Assembly (NCBI GenBank): GCA_963805975.1
Contig: CAWDVR010000001.1
Coordinates: 32,001 to 96,000, forward strand
Reading direction: 5' to 3'
DNA from: an uncultured Acidobacteriota bacterium
GTDB taxonomy: Bacteria; Acidobacteriota; Thermoanaerobaculia; Multivoradales; SZUA-115
Length of the DNA: 64,000 bases
Shown: piece by piece, positions 1 to 10,665 of the stretch
Layout of the letters: each line of letters opens with the position of its first letter
Numbering within the stretch: position 1 is the first letter of the stretch
Program-made: the position numbers and the translations under genes
Notes under the pieces: generated by a model
Told to the model about the DNA's origin: nothing
The model's database searches: none
What the model saw: only the letters and a program-made list of their open reading frames with translations

Positions 1-450
1 GCCGGGAGGAGAGGGCTCCGGTGACACGCGATGGAGCTCGGTCAGCGCCTCGCCGTCGCGCACGCCGACTCGAAAAGTACAGGGCAGGGTCGCGCCCTCT
101 TCGAGCAGCGGCGTGAAAGAGAAGTAGGCCTCTTCGCCCGGCGTGAGCTTCCAACCCAGACGCGAGCCCACGGCCTGCTCCAACACCCGCACCTGGCCGG
201 CGGACTGGTGGGGATAGGTCGCGAGCGTCGCGGGCGGCACCTGCGCCAGATTGCGCATCTCCTCGGCACCGAGAAAGCCGATCGCGCGGCGAAACGGGGC
301 TTGCGTTGCAGCGAGAGGAGAGATCTCGACGCGCGGCGCGACCTGCGTCAAGTCCAGGTGGTGCCAGGCGTGGCGGGATCCGCTGCGATCACAACCGCCG
401 GCTAGCAGGAGAGAGACCAGGAGGACGGCGGGGCGGAGCGGTCGTAGCAC
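1..450 (-). CDS. Partial lipoprotein (runs off the window start)
   Basis: Open frame from GTG at 450: VLRPLRPAVLLVSLLLAGGCDRSG (lipobox-like); TAACAT -10 box 8 nt upstream; not in ORF track because it has no stop in the window. Confidence 0.6.
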   Translation of the reverse strand, partial: MLRPLRPAVLLVSLLLAGGCDRSGSRHAWHHLDLTQVAPRVEISPLAATQAPFRRAIGFLGAEEMRNLAQVPPATLATYPHQSAGQVRVLEQAVGSRLGWKLTPGEEAYFSFTPLLEEGATLPCTFRVGVRDGEALTELHRVSPEPSPPG

Positions 451-554
451 GCGCGAGGATGTTAGCAGGCGGGACAGGCGCGTAAGGCTCGCCCGCCGCT
501 TTCCGTCTCTTCTCCCAGAAACGCGCTTCCTCGAGGAAGCGGCCATCAAGAGCC

Positions 555-583
555 TTGACAGCCATTAACCTGGGAGTTAATAT
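555..583 (+). promoter_or_regulatory. Sigma70-like promoter and palindromic operator of the TA pair
   Basis: TTGACA 555-560, 17 nt spacer, TAATAT 578-583; inverted repeat ATTAAC-N6-GTTAAT 564-581. Confidence 0.6.
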
Positions 584-980
584 GCGCCTCGAGATCATTC
601 GCAGCGGGTCCTGGCAGGTGCTCGCGGTCTGCTCGGAACGTCGGCAATGTCAGCTCTTGGACTTTCTCGGCAGCGTGGAGGGGTCTCTCGCGAAGGATGC
701 ACGGAGGATGCTGGCGCTCTTTGCGCAGGTGGCCGAGCACGGTCCACCGCGGAACACGGAAGTCTCGCACCAGGTCGGAGCCGCAGTCTGGGAGCTGCGG
801 CAGGGTCGCCTCCGGGTGCTGTGGTTCTACGACGTGGGGCGGATCGTGGTGTGCAGTCACGGGTTCGTCAAGCGCACCTCGAAGGTTCCCGCCCGCGAGA
901 TAGACCTGGCGCGGGCGAACCGAGCCCGATACCTGCGCGCCAGAGAGCGACGGCAGATTGAGATCGCATGGAGGCGATGA
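582..980 (+). CDS. Type II toxin, RelE/ParE (phage Gp49-like) family
   Basis: WELRQGRLRVLWFYD...VCSHGFVKRTSKVPAREI matches the Gp49/HigB-like pattern; ATGA overlap with downstream HTH gene. Confidence 0.8.
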   Translation: MRLEIIRSGSWQVLAVCSERRQCQLLDFLGSVEGSLAKDARRMLALFAQVAEHGPPRNTEVSHQVGAAVWELRQGRLRVLWFYDVGRIVVCSHGFVKRTSKVPAREIDLARANRARYLRARERRQIEIAWRR

Positions 981-1354
981 TGAAGGCGAAGAGCATTGCT
1001 GAGCTGTATCGAGAAGCCGAGCATCACGACGACTACCATGCTGCGGCCGTGGCGAATATCTTCCTGGAAGTGCTGGTAGACGGGATGGAGAAGGGCGGGA
1101 TCTCCCGTGCCGAGCTGGCGCGTCGTCTCGGGACGTCCCCCGCCTACGTCACCAAGGTCTTGCGCGGCAACGTCAATTTCACGCTGGCGAGCCTGGTCAA
1201 ACTGGCCCGGGCTGTCGGAGGCGAGCTGCGGCTCGCCATCGAGCCGTCCAAGCCCGTCGAGGTGCGTCGCTCTACCCGGCCGGGGGTTGGCGGCGCCAGC
1301 GCTTGTGCCACCAGACCCACTGCTCGGGCGCGCGCCGCACCTGCCGCTCGATGA
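977..1354 (+). CDS. XRE-family HTH antitoxin (HigA-like)
   Basis: GISRAELARRLGTSPAYVTKVLRGNVNFTLASLVKLARAVG HTH; GGAGG RBS at 970-974. Confidence 0.85.
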   Translation: MMKAKSIAELYREAEHHDDYHAAAVANIFLEVLVDGMEKGGISRAELARRLGTSPAYVTKVLRGNVNFTLASLVKLARAVGGELRLAIEPSKPVEVRRSTRPGVGGASACATRPTARARAAPAAR

Positions 1355-2168
1355 CGGCGGTCATCGCGGCCGTGGCCGCGGTCTCGTCGGCCGGCAGGTC
1401 GAGCGCCGGGTAGAAGCGGGCGAGGTGCGTGCCGTCCGCCCGCCGTTCGATGAAGGCGGGGATCACGGCCGCACCGAGCTTGGCCGCGATCCTCGCGGCG
1501 CCCACCGGCGTGAAGGACGGGCGGCCGAAAAAGGGGACCCAGACGCCGTCGACGGGGGTGTCCTGGTCGATCAGCATGCCCAGCGCGCCGCCCCCCCGCA
1601 GGGTCGAGAGGAGCTGCCGCGCGGCACCGGCCCCGCCACGCTCGATGGTGCCGGTGCCGAACCGCGCCCGCAGCGCGAGCAGCAGGCGGTTCAGGTGGGG
1701 AGACTCGATCTCCCGTGCCACCACCTTCATGCCGAGGCCGCGCACGTTGATGAGCGCGGCGAGCAGCTCCCAGTTGCCGCAGTGACCGGTCAGGATCAGG
1801 ATCGGCCGGCCGGCGCGCCGGGTGGCCTCGACCTCCTCCCACCCTTCGACCACCGCGTAGCCTTCGAGATCCGCGCTCGAGCGGTGGAGCAGAAGGAGGC
1901 ACTCGGCGAGGTTGGTACCGTGGTGCAGGAAACAGCCGCGCGCCACCCGCCGGCGCCAGACGGCGGTCTCGGCGGGAAAGGCGAGCGCCAAGTGGTCGAG
2001 CGCCCGGTTGCGGTCACGGCGGGAGAGATGCCAGGCGAGGCGGCCGATCGCGCGGCCCGAGCGCTGGGCGAAGCGCCAGGAGAAGGGTGCGAGCAATGCG
2101 GAGACGGCCGAGAGCGCGCCACCCACGAGGCGGTCGCGCTGCGGATGCCGCGGTTTTTCGTTCCGCAA
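1272..2168 (-). CDS. lpxL: Lipid A biosynthesis lauroyl/myristoyl acyltransferase
   Basis: GHCGNWE, LIDQD, VPFFG and PEQWVWWHKRW motifs; last gene of the kds operon. Confidence 0.85.
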   Translation of the reverse strand: MRNEKPRHPQRDRLVGGALSAVSALLAPFSWRFAQRSGRAIGRLAWHLSRRDRNRALDHLALAFPAETAVWRRRVARGCFLHHGTNLAECLLLLHRSSADLEGYAVVEGWEEVEATRRAGRPILILTGHCGNWELLAALINVRGLGMKVVAREIESPHLNRLLLALRARFGTGTIERGGAGAARQLLSTLRGGGALGMLIDQDTPVDGVWVPFFGRPSFTPVGAARIAAKLGAAVIPAFIERRADGTHLARFYPALDLPADETAATAAMTAVIERQVRRAPEQWVWWHKRWRRQPPAG

Positions 2169-2170
2169 CC

Positions 2171-2740
2171 CTACGCTCCGGGAAGCAGGTGCTCCCAGAC
2201 GCCGCGCGCTTTGAGAATCAGCTCGATCATCTCGCGGACGGCGCCCTGCCCGCCGCCGGCCGAGACCACGACGTCGACTCGCGCCGCCACCTCGGTGGCG
2301 GCGTCGGCCGGGGCCAGGGAAAGGCCGCAGCGGGCGAGCACCGGCAGGTCGGGCCAGTCGTCGCCCGCGTAGGCCACTTCCTCGGCGGCGAGCTTGCGCC
2401 GCCGCAGGAACTGCTCGAAGGCCTGGGTCTTCTCGCCTTTGCCTCGGATCACGGCGTCGAGCTTCAGCTCGGCGGCGCGATGGGCGAGGGCAGGGTCGTC
2501 GCGGAGCGACAGGGTACCCACCTTGAGCCCTGCCTCGCGCGCCAGGCGGATGCCGAAGCCGTCCTTGGTGTGGAAGGCCTTGGTGACGCCGCCGTCGGGT
2601 CCGAAGGCCAGCCTCCCATCCGTCAGCACGCCGTCCACGTCCAGCAGCAGCCAGGCGAGCCGGCGCGACCGTGCCCTGAGCTCGGCAGGCCGCAGGCGGC
2701 AGAGAGGGCTCGACGGAGCGGGCACGCGCGGTTTGGACAC
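2171..2740 (-). CDS. kdsC: KDO 8-phosphate phosphatase
   Basis: HAD motifs DVDGVLTDG, KDGFGI, GDDWPD, GGQGAVRE. Confidence 0.92.
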   Translation of the reverse strand: MSKPRVPAPSSPLCRLRPAELRARSRRLAWLLLDVDGVLTDGRLAFGPDGGVTKAFHTKDGFGIRLAREAGLKVGTLSLRDDPALAHRAAELKLDAVIRGKGEKTQAFEQFLRRRKLAAEEVAYAGDDWPDLPVLARCGLSLAPADAATEVAARVDVVVSAGGGQGAVREMIELILKARGVWEHLLPGA

Positions 2741-2743
2741 GGC

Positions 2744-3748
2744 CTAGAAGATCTCCAGGCCCCAGAGATCGTGCAGATGAACGATGCCGATAAGCTTACC
2801 GTCCGGATCGCAGACGAAGAGCGAGGTGATGCGGTGCTCCTCCATGCTCTGGAGCGCCGCTGGCGCCAGCTCCCGCGGCTCGATGGTCCGCGGCCCCGGC
2901 CGCATGCACTGGCCCGCGGTGCGGGTCAGGATCTCCGCGTCATCGGCCAGCAGGCGCCGTAGGTCGCCGTCCGAGATGCAGCCCACCAGGCGGCCGCCGT
3001 CGTCCGTGACGCCAGTGATGCCGAGGCCTTTCCTGGTCATCTCGTAGATCGCCTCACGCATCGGCACATCCACGTGGACCGCGGCCAGCGCCTCGCCGGC
3101 GTGCATGAGCTGCTCCACCTTGAGCAGGCGCTTGCCGAGCCGGCCGGCCGGGTGCAGGCGTGCGAAGTCGTCGGGAGTGAAGCCCCTCGCCTCGAGCAGG
3201 GCCATGGCGAGCGCGTCCCCCAGGGCCAGCATGGCGGTGGTCGAGGCCGTGGGCGCGAGGTTCAACGGGCAGGCCTCTTTGTCGATCACCACCGCGAGAT
3301 GGACGTCGGCGTGCTGGGCGAGCGGGCTCTTCGGGTTGCCGGTCATGGTGACCAGCGGCGTGCCCAGGCGCTTGACGGTTTCCACCAGACGGATCAGCTC
3401 CTCGGTGGCGCCGGAGAACGAGGCCGCCAGCACCACGTCGCCGGGCACGATCACCCCGAGGTCGCCGTGGACGGCCTCGGCCGGATGGAGGAAGAGGGCC
3501 GGGGTGCCGGTCGAGGAAAGGGTGGCGGCGATCTTCTTCAAGATCAGCCCGCTCTTGCCCATGCCGGTGCAGACCACGCGGCCACGGGTGGCGAGCAGCA
3601 GCTCCACGGCGCGGTCGAAATCGCCGTCGAGCTGGTCGAGGAGCCCCCGCACGGCGGCGGCTTCGATCTCGATCACCTCGCGCGCCACCTCACGCGGGGA
3701 GCGCAGAGGCGGGCGTCGAGGCTGCTCCGTCCTCGTCCCCTCGCTCAC
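2744..3748 (-). CDS. kdsD: Arabinose-5-phosphate isomerase (KpsF/GutQ; SIS + CBS)
   Basis: GMGKSG, EAVHGDLG, APTASTT, HPAGRLG, C-terminal CBS pair. Confidence 0.95.
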   Translation of the reverse strand: MSEGTRTEQPRRPPLRSPREVAREVIEIEAAAVRGLLDQLDGDFDRAVELLLATRGRVVCTGMGKSGLILKKIAATLSSTGTPALFLHPAEAVHGDLGVIVPGDVVLAASFSGATEELIRLVETVKRLGTPLVTMTGNPKSPLAQHADVHLAVVIDKEACPLNLAPTASTTAMLALGDALAMALLEARGFTPDDFARLHPAGRLGKRLLKVEQLMHAGEALAAVHVDVPMREAIYEMTRKGLGITGVTDDGGRLVGCISDGDLRRLLADDAEILTRTAGQCMRPGPRTIEPRELAPAALQSMEEHRITSLFVCDPDGKLIGIVHLHDLWGLEIF

Positions 3749-4593
3749 TCGGGGGCCGCCTCGCCGAGGAGCGCGCGCCGCACGGCCAGCACCGAATCGA
3801 TCAGCTCCTCGGCGCGATCCGGGTCGAGCTGGGTCGTGGCGTCGGATAGGGCCTGCTCCGGGTGCGGGTGGACCTCGAGGAAGATGCCGTCGGCGCCGGC
3901 CGCCACCGCCGCTCTCGCCAGCGGCTCGGCGAAGCGCCGGTTGCCGCCGCTCTCCTCACCGCCGCCGGGAAGCTGCAGGGAGTGGGTCACGTCGTAGATC
4001 ACCGCCAGCCCGTCGTCGTGCAGCATGGCGAAGCTCCGCATGTCGACCACCAGGTTGTGGTAGCCGAAGGACGCGCCGCGCTCGGTGATCACCACCCGTC
4101 CGTTGCCGGCGGCGCGCGCCTTGTCGGCCACCCGGCGCATGTCGTCCGGCGCCACGAACTGTCCCTTCTTCACGTTCACCGTCCGTCCGGTCGCGGCGGC
4201 GGCCACCACCAGGTCGGTCTGGCGGCAGAGGAAGGCTGGAACCTGCAGCACGTCGCAAACCGCGGCCACGCTTTCGCATTGCGCCGGCTCGTGGACGTCG
4301 GTGAGGAGGGGCAGGCCGGTCTCGGCCTTGATCTGCGCCAGGATGCGCAAGCCCTCTTCGAGGCCTGGCCCGCGGTAGCTCGCGATCGAGCTGCGGTTGG
4401 CCTTGTCGAACGAGGCCTTGAAGATCAAACCCAGGCCGCGGCGGCGGGCGAAGGCGGCGAGGCGCAGCGCCACGCCGAGCGCCAGCTCCTCGCTCTCGAG
4501 CACGCAGGGACCGGCGATGATCGGCAGCGCTGCGCCGCCGATCGAGACACCCGGCGCGATCTCGAACGGCACGAAGGAAGGGTGGTCCCGCAT
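3745..4593 (-). CDS. kdsA: KDO 8-phosphate synthase
   Basis: AGPCVLES, KASFDKANRSS, AFLCRQTDL, KKGQF. Confidence 0.97.
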   Translation of the reverse strand: MRDHPSFVPFEIAPGVSIGGAALPIIAGPCVLESEELALGVALRLAAFARRRGLGLIFKASFDKANRSSIASYRGPGLEEGLRILAQIKAETGLPLLTDVHEPAQCESVAAVCDVLQVPAFLCRQTDLVVAAAATGRTVNVKKGQFVAPDDMRRVADKARAAGNGRVVITERGASFGYHNLVVDMRSFAMLHDDGLAVIYDVTHSLQLPGGGEESGGNRRFAEPLARAAVAAGADGIFLEVHPHPEQALSDATTQLDPDRAEELIDSVLAVRRALLGEAAPE

Positions 4594-4600
4594 GCCTCGG

Positions 4601-6358
<1,758 letters not shown>

Positions 6359-7144
6359 CTAGAGTACCGCCTCGCGAGCCGCGCTCGCTCCGGCGAGGTG
6401 TGCCCGCGCCGCCTCGAGATCGGCGGGCGTGTCGACGCCCAGCGCCTCGCCTTCGACCACCAGCACCCGGATCCGGATGCCGTTCTCGAGCGCCCGGAGC
6501 TGCTCGAGCGACTCGCTCACCTCGAGCGGCGTCTGCGGCAGGCCGGCGAGGCGCAGCAGCGTCTCGCGCCGGTAGCCGTAGAGCCCGAGGTGCTTCAACG
6601 GCCGCGGACCGCCGGGCTGGCGCGGAAACGGGATCGGCGAGCGGCTGAAGTACAGCGCGTGGCCGCCCAGGTCGAGAACCACCTTGACGGCGCTCGGCTC
6701 TCCCATGTCGCCTTCGCCGGCCGGCACCGCCAGGGTCGCCATCTCCTCCTCGGGATGGGCGCGCAGGTGCTCGCCCAGGACCCGGATCAGCATCGGGTCG
6801 AGAATCCAGTCTCCCTGCACGTTGATCACCGCCCCGGCCTGCCAGCCGCGCGCCGCCCAGGCGATGCGGTCGGTGCCGCTGGCGCAGTGGGCGGGCGTCA
6901 TCTCCCACTCGCCGCCGAAGGCCGCCACCGCTTCGCCGATGCGCTCGTCGTCGGTCAACACCACCACCCGGTCGAGCCCGGCCTCCTCCGCCCGCCGGTA
7001 CACGTGCTCGATCAGCGGCCTGCCACCGACCTCGGCCAGCGGCTTGGCCGGCAGGCGGGTCGAGCCATACCGCGCCGGGATGGCGGCGACGATCGGACCT
7101 GGAGGCTGGGATGGCGTGGGAGACGGGGCTGCCGGGCGATGCAC
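6359..7144 (-). CDS. kdsB: CMP-KDO synthetase
   Basis: IPARYGSTRLPAKPL, SGTDR, NVQGD, YFSRSPIP, ESLEQLRALE; GTG start chosen from promoter spacing. Confidence 0.95.
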   Translation of the reverse strand: MHRPAAPSPTPSQPPGPIVAAIPARYGSTRLPAKPLAEVGGRPLIEHVYRRAEEAGLDRVVVLTDDERIGEAVAAFGGEWEMTPAHCASGTDRIAWAARGWQAGAVINVQGDWILDPMLIRVLGEHLRAHPEEEMATLAVPAGEGDMGEPSAVKVVLDLGGHALYFSRSPIPFPRQPGGPRPLKHLGLYGYRRETLLRLAGLPQTPLEVSESLEQLRALENGIRIRVLVVEGEALGVDTPADLEAARAHLAGASAAREAVL

Positions 7145-7149
7145 GGCCA

Positions 7150-7179
7150 AATCTAAGGCGGCACATGGGGAGCTGTCAA
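7150..7179 (-). promoter_or_regulatory. Sigma70 promoter of kds operon (likely leaderless)
   Basis: Minus strand TTGACA (7179-7174), N18, TAGATT (7155-7150), 5 nt, GTG. Confidence 0.6.
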
Positions 7180-7212
7180 TGTGAAGGGGGAGGGGGCAGT
7201 ACAATTCGGGCC

Positions 7213-8304
7213 ATGCCCGCCGCTCCGGTTGCCGAGCCCCGACCGCGCGGCTCTCGCGGGCGGCGGTGGCTGACGCTGGCGGCGCTGGCGCTCACCGTGG
7301 CCGGCATCGACCGCGCGGTCCATCCCTGGCTGGCGCGCCGCTTCTCCCCGCTGGGGCCGGCGGCCTGGATCTGGACCCGGGACTCTTTGCGCGAGGTGGT
7401 GCCACGCGCCTTCTTCCTGGTCAAGGACTTCGATCTCGAGATCGTGCCGCATGCCGCCGAGATCGCCGTGCAGGGTGACGAGGAGTACGTCCTCTACCTC
7501 AACGGCCGGCGGATTGGTTCCAACGCCTATGCCGAGGGGGCTGGCCTGGACCGCTACCAGGTGGGTGATCTGCTGACCCTCGGCGGCAACCGCCTGGTGG
7601 CCGAGCTGCGTAGCGGCCGGGGCGTAGGGGCTTTTCTGCTCCGCCTCGAGGCCTCTCCCGGTGGTCCGCTCCTGGTGGTGAGCGATGCCACCTGGCGCGT
7701 GCTGCGCCAGGCCAAGCCCGGGCTCGTGGCCGGCTGGCTCGCCCTCGACGAAGCCGAGCGGCCCCAGGTCTGGGGTCTGCCTCCGGTGGGCCGTTGGGGC
7801 CGGCCGGAGCTCGGTCCGGTGCGGCCCGTCCAGCCGTTCCTCGACGGCCGCGTGGAGCGCTCCCCGGCGCTCGCTCGCCAGCCGGTGAGCAACCCGGCCG
7901 CAGCGATCCAGGCCACGCTCTTCGACTGGGGTGAGGACACGATCGGCTACCTGATCCTGGCGCTGCCGCCCGAGGGTCTGCCTCCGAGCCTGCTGTTCGT
8001 GGGCGAGACCCCGCCGGACCCGGACCGGCAGGGCTCGTCCGGGCTCGTGCTCGCCCCGGCCGGCGCGTCGAGCTGGCGCGACGCCGTGCCCCGGCGCTTT
8101 CGCTACGCTCTCGTCGTCGGGCCCAGTGCACCCCTGGCAGCGTCGGTCGAGCCCGTCACGCACGAGCTCTGGGCCTCGTTGCAGGCCGTGACGCCTACCG
8201 TCCCCGGGGTGCTCGGTCTCGATGCGCCATCGCGGCTGCCGTGGCTCGAGACCGAGATTCGCCGCCGGCAGCGTGCCGAGGGCGCTGTGGAGAAGCCGCC
8301 CTAG
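7213..8304 (+). CDS. Membrane-anchored protein with alpha-L-rhamnosidase N-terminal-like beta-sandwich domains, no catalytic barrel
   Basis: TM segment, then AWIW...DEEYVLYLNG...GGNRLVAE, then FDWG...GYL...FRY; TACAAT 7 nt before ATG. Confidence 0.6.
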   Translation: MPAAPVAEPRPRGSRGRRWLTLAALALTVAGIDRAVHPWLARRFSPLGPAAWIWTRDSLREVVPRAFFLVKDFDLEIVPHAAEIAVQGDEEYVLYLNGRRIGSNAYAEGAGLDRYQVGDLLTLGGNRLVAELRSGRGVGAFLLRLEASPGGPLLVVSDATWRVLRQAKPGLVAGWLALDEAERPQVWGLPPVGRWGRPELGPVRPVQPFLDGRVERSPALARQPVSNPAAAIQATLFDWGEDTIGYLILALPPEGLPPSLLFVGETPPDPDRQGSSGLVLAPAGASSWRDAVPRRFRYALVVGPSAPLAASVEPVTHELWASLQAVTPTVPGVLGLDAPSRLPWLETEIRRRQRAEGAVEKPP

Positions 8305-8358
8305 CCGCCTCGCTGCTGCTATCCTGCGATTCGCTGGCCAAGACCCATCCAAGAGACG

Positions 8359-9609
8359 ATGTCGGACCCGCTCTCCCGCCGTACGGCACGCGGTTCAGTG
8401 CGCACCCCTTTTCAGGGTGAGATCCGCTTGAAGTACGGGCGCGACCGCGAGGTGGTGACCCGCACGATCGACCTCGGCGGCGGCGGTGTCTTCGTCCTGG
8501 CGCGGCCCCCGCAGCCGGTCGGGACCCTGGTCCGCTTCGAGATGCCGGTCCTGGGCGGCAGCCGCACGGTGACCGGTTACGGCGAGGTGGTGTGGATCCG
8601 CGTGCGCGACGATCCCAAGGCCGGGCCGGCCGGCATGGGCATCCAGTTCCGCTACATGGACGCGCCGGGCGAGACCTGGCTGCGCGAGCACGAGGCGCAA
8701 GTGCAGGCCCAGGCGGCGCTGGCGCCTCCGCCTCCGGCGCCGTCCCCGCCGAGCTCGGAGACCGGGCGGCCGCTGCCGCTCGTCCTGCCCGGCGCTCCTC
8801 CCAGGCCGGTGCCGGCAGCCGATCCTGCCCTGTGGCCGCCGGACCGGCTCGCGGTGCCGGAGGTTCCCGCCGCTACGAATGCGGCCGCCGCGTCGGCGGC
8901 GGACTGGGAAGGGGAGGACCCGTTCCCGGAGCCTCCGGAGCTCGGGCCGGCCGACCTCGAAGCCTTTGCCGGCGAGGAGGGAGGGGCCTCCCGCCGGTAC
9001 GCCCGGCCGCTCATCCTGGCCGCAGTCGGGCTGTTGCTCGTCGTCGCCGCCTTCCTCGGCCGGGCACTGCTCTCGCGCTGGACGGCGGACGAGCCGGCGG
9101 CGATCGCGGTACCGGTCGCGCCCCGGCCGTCCGCGCCCGAGGTCCCAGCGCCCGTGGCGGCCACACTTGCTCCACCCCCAATCCAGGGAACGGCGAGCCC
9201 GAGCCTTCCGCCATCGAGCCCGCGGACTCCCAGCTCGGGCGCCCCGGCGGCAGCGAACGGCCCCCTGACCCGCGTCGCCTCCATCACCTACGGCACGGTG
9301 CCCGGCGAGACGATCGTGGTCCTCGCCGGTGACGGCCAGATCCTGGAAGAGCGCGTCTCACGCCAGCGCCTCAACGGGACCGAGCCGCGCGAGCTGCTGC
9401 GCATCGCGGGCATCGTCGCGCCCTACGAGCCGGCAGTGATCCCCGTGGGCACCGGCGAGGTGGTCCGCATCCGCACCGGCCATCACCCGGGGCCGGGCGG
9501 CGGCGAGCTCTACGTGGTCTTCGACCTGCCCAGCCCCAAGGCAGGCGTGCACCACCTGGACTATCAGCCGACGGGCCTGCGGATCTATCTCAGGCGAAGG
9601 GTGAACTGA
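8359..9609 (+). CDS. PilZ-domain (TIGR02266-like) protein with Pro-rich linker, TM and AMIN-like C-terminal domain
   Basis: RGSVR, DLGGGGVFV, VVWIR...GMGIQF; TM LILAAVGLLLVVAAFLG; VVRIRTGHH...ELYVVFDL. Confidence 0.75.
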   Translation: MSDPLSRRTARGSVRTPFQGEIRLKYGRDREVVTRTIDLGGGGVFVLARPPQPVGTLVRFEMPVLGGSRTVTGYGEVVWIRVRDDPKAGPAGMGIQFRYMDAPGETWLREHEAQVQAQAALAPPPPAPSPPSSETGRPLPLVLPGAPPRPVPAADPALWPPDRLAVPEVPAATNAAAASAADWEGEDPFPEPPELGPADLEAFAGEEGGASRRYARPLILAAVGLLLVVAAFLGRALLSRWTADEPAAIAVPVAPRPSAPEVPAPVAATLAPPPIQGTASPSLPPSSPRTPSSGAPAAANGPLTRVASITYGTVPGETIVVLAGDGQILEERVSRQRLNGTEPRELLRIAGIVAPYEPAVIPVGTGEVVRIRTGHHPGPGGGELYVVFDLPSPKAGVHHLDYQPTGLRIYLRRRVN

Positions 9610-9614
9610 CGCCG

Positions 9615-10637
9615 TCAGGAGCGCCGGTGCAGCACGAAGTCCGGCGCGTATTCGAGCGCCTCGCGGGCCGGTGAGGGCGGGAAGAACTCGAGCTCGCGCC
9701 GCGCGGTCTCCGCGTGTCCCCTGGCGATCTCCTCGGCTTCTTCGAGCGTGCCCTCGGCACGCACCAGCGAGAGCACGTCGTGCGGCCCGACGCGATCGAA
9801 GCCGCGGTCCTCGAGCACCCACTCGATGGTGCGGCGGCGCGCCGGATCGAGCCGCGGCAGCAGCAGCAGCAGCGGCAGCGTGAGCTTGCCTTCCTTGAGG
9901 TCCGAGAGCGCCGGCTTGCCGAGCTCCGATTCGCGGGCGGTGAAGTCCAGCAGGTCGTCGACCACCTGGAAGCAGAGCCCGAGCTGCCGGCCATAGCGCT
10001 CGAGCACCGCGCCCGCCTCGGGCCGCGCCGGGGCGATCAGGCTGGGCAGCGAGCACGCGGCGCCGAACAGGCGGGCCGTCTTGCGGTCGATGATCTCGAA
10101 GTACTCCTCGATGGTGAGGTCCGGTGCGCCGAGCCGCTCGAGCACCAGGAGCTCGCCCTCGGTCATGCCGAGGGTGGCACCGCACAGGCGGCGGATCACC
10201 TCCACCCGCCCGTGGGCGAGCGCCATCTGCATGCTGGTGGTGTAGAGCCAGTCCCCCAGCAGCACGGTGCGGTGGTTGTCGTAGAGCTGGTGCAGGCTCG
10301 GCCGGCCGCGGCGCAGGGGCGCAAAGTCGATGATGTCGTCGTGGATCAGCGTCGCGGTGTGGATGAACTCGATCACCGCCGCATAGGTGACCTCTTCCTC
10401 TCCGTCGTGGCCCAGGAGCTGCGATGCCAGGAGCAGCAGGGCCGGCCGCACCCGCTTGCCGCCGCCCTCGCCGATGTAGCGGCCGGCGTCGGCAACGAAC
10501 GGGACGTCCGAGGCGAGGTGCTTGCGGAACAGGTCTTCCGTCGCCGAGAGCTTGTCGGCCACCAGCTCCAGGAAGCGATAGGGCGAGACGGCCTCCGGCT
10601 GCGGCTCCCGGCTGGCGATGGGCGCGTTCTGGCTCAA
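9615..10637 (-). CDS. ispB: Polyprenyl (octaprenyl-type) diphosphate synthase
   Basis: GGKRVRP, LIHDDIID, FQVVDDLLD, GKLTLP. Confidence 0.88.
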   Translation of the reverse strand: MSQNAPIASREPQPEAVSPYRFLELVADKLSATEDLFRKHLASDVPFVADAGRYIGEGGGKRVRPALLLLASQLLGHDGEEEVTYAAVIEFIHTATLIHDDIIDFAPLRRGRPSLHQLYDNHRTVLLGDWLYTTSMQMALAHGRVEVIRRLCGATLGMTEGELLVLERLGAPDLTIEEYFEIIDRKTARLFGAACSLPSLIAPARPEAGAVLERYGRQLGLCFQVVDDLLDFTARESELGKPALSDLKEGKLTLPLLLLLPRLDPARRRTIEWVLEDRGFDRVGPHDVLSLVRAEGTLEEAEEIARGHAETARRELEFFPPSPAREALEYAPDFVLHRRS

Positions 10638-10665
10638 GTTGGAGGGCCTCTCCGCGGTCGTGGAA

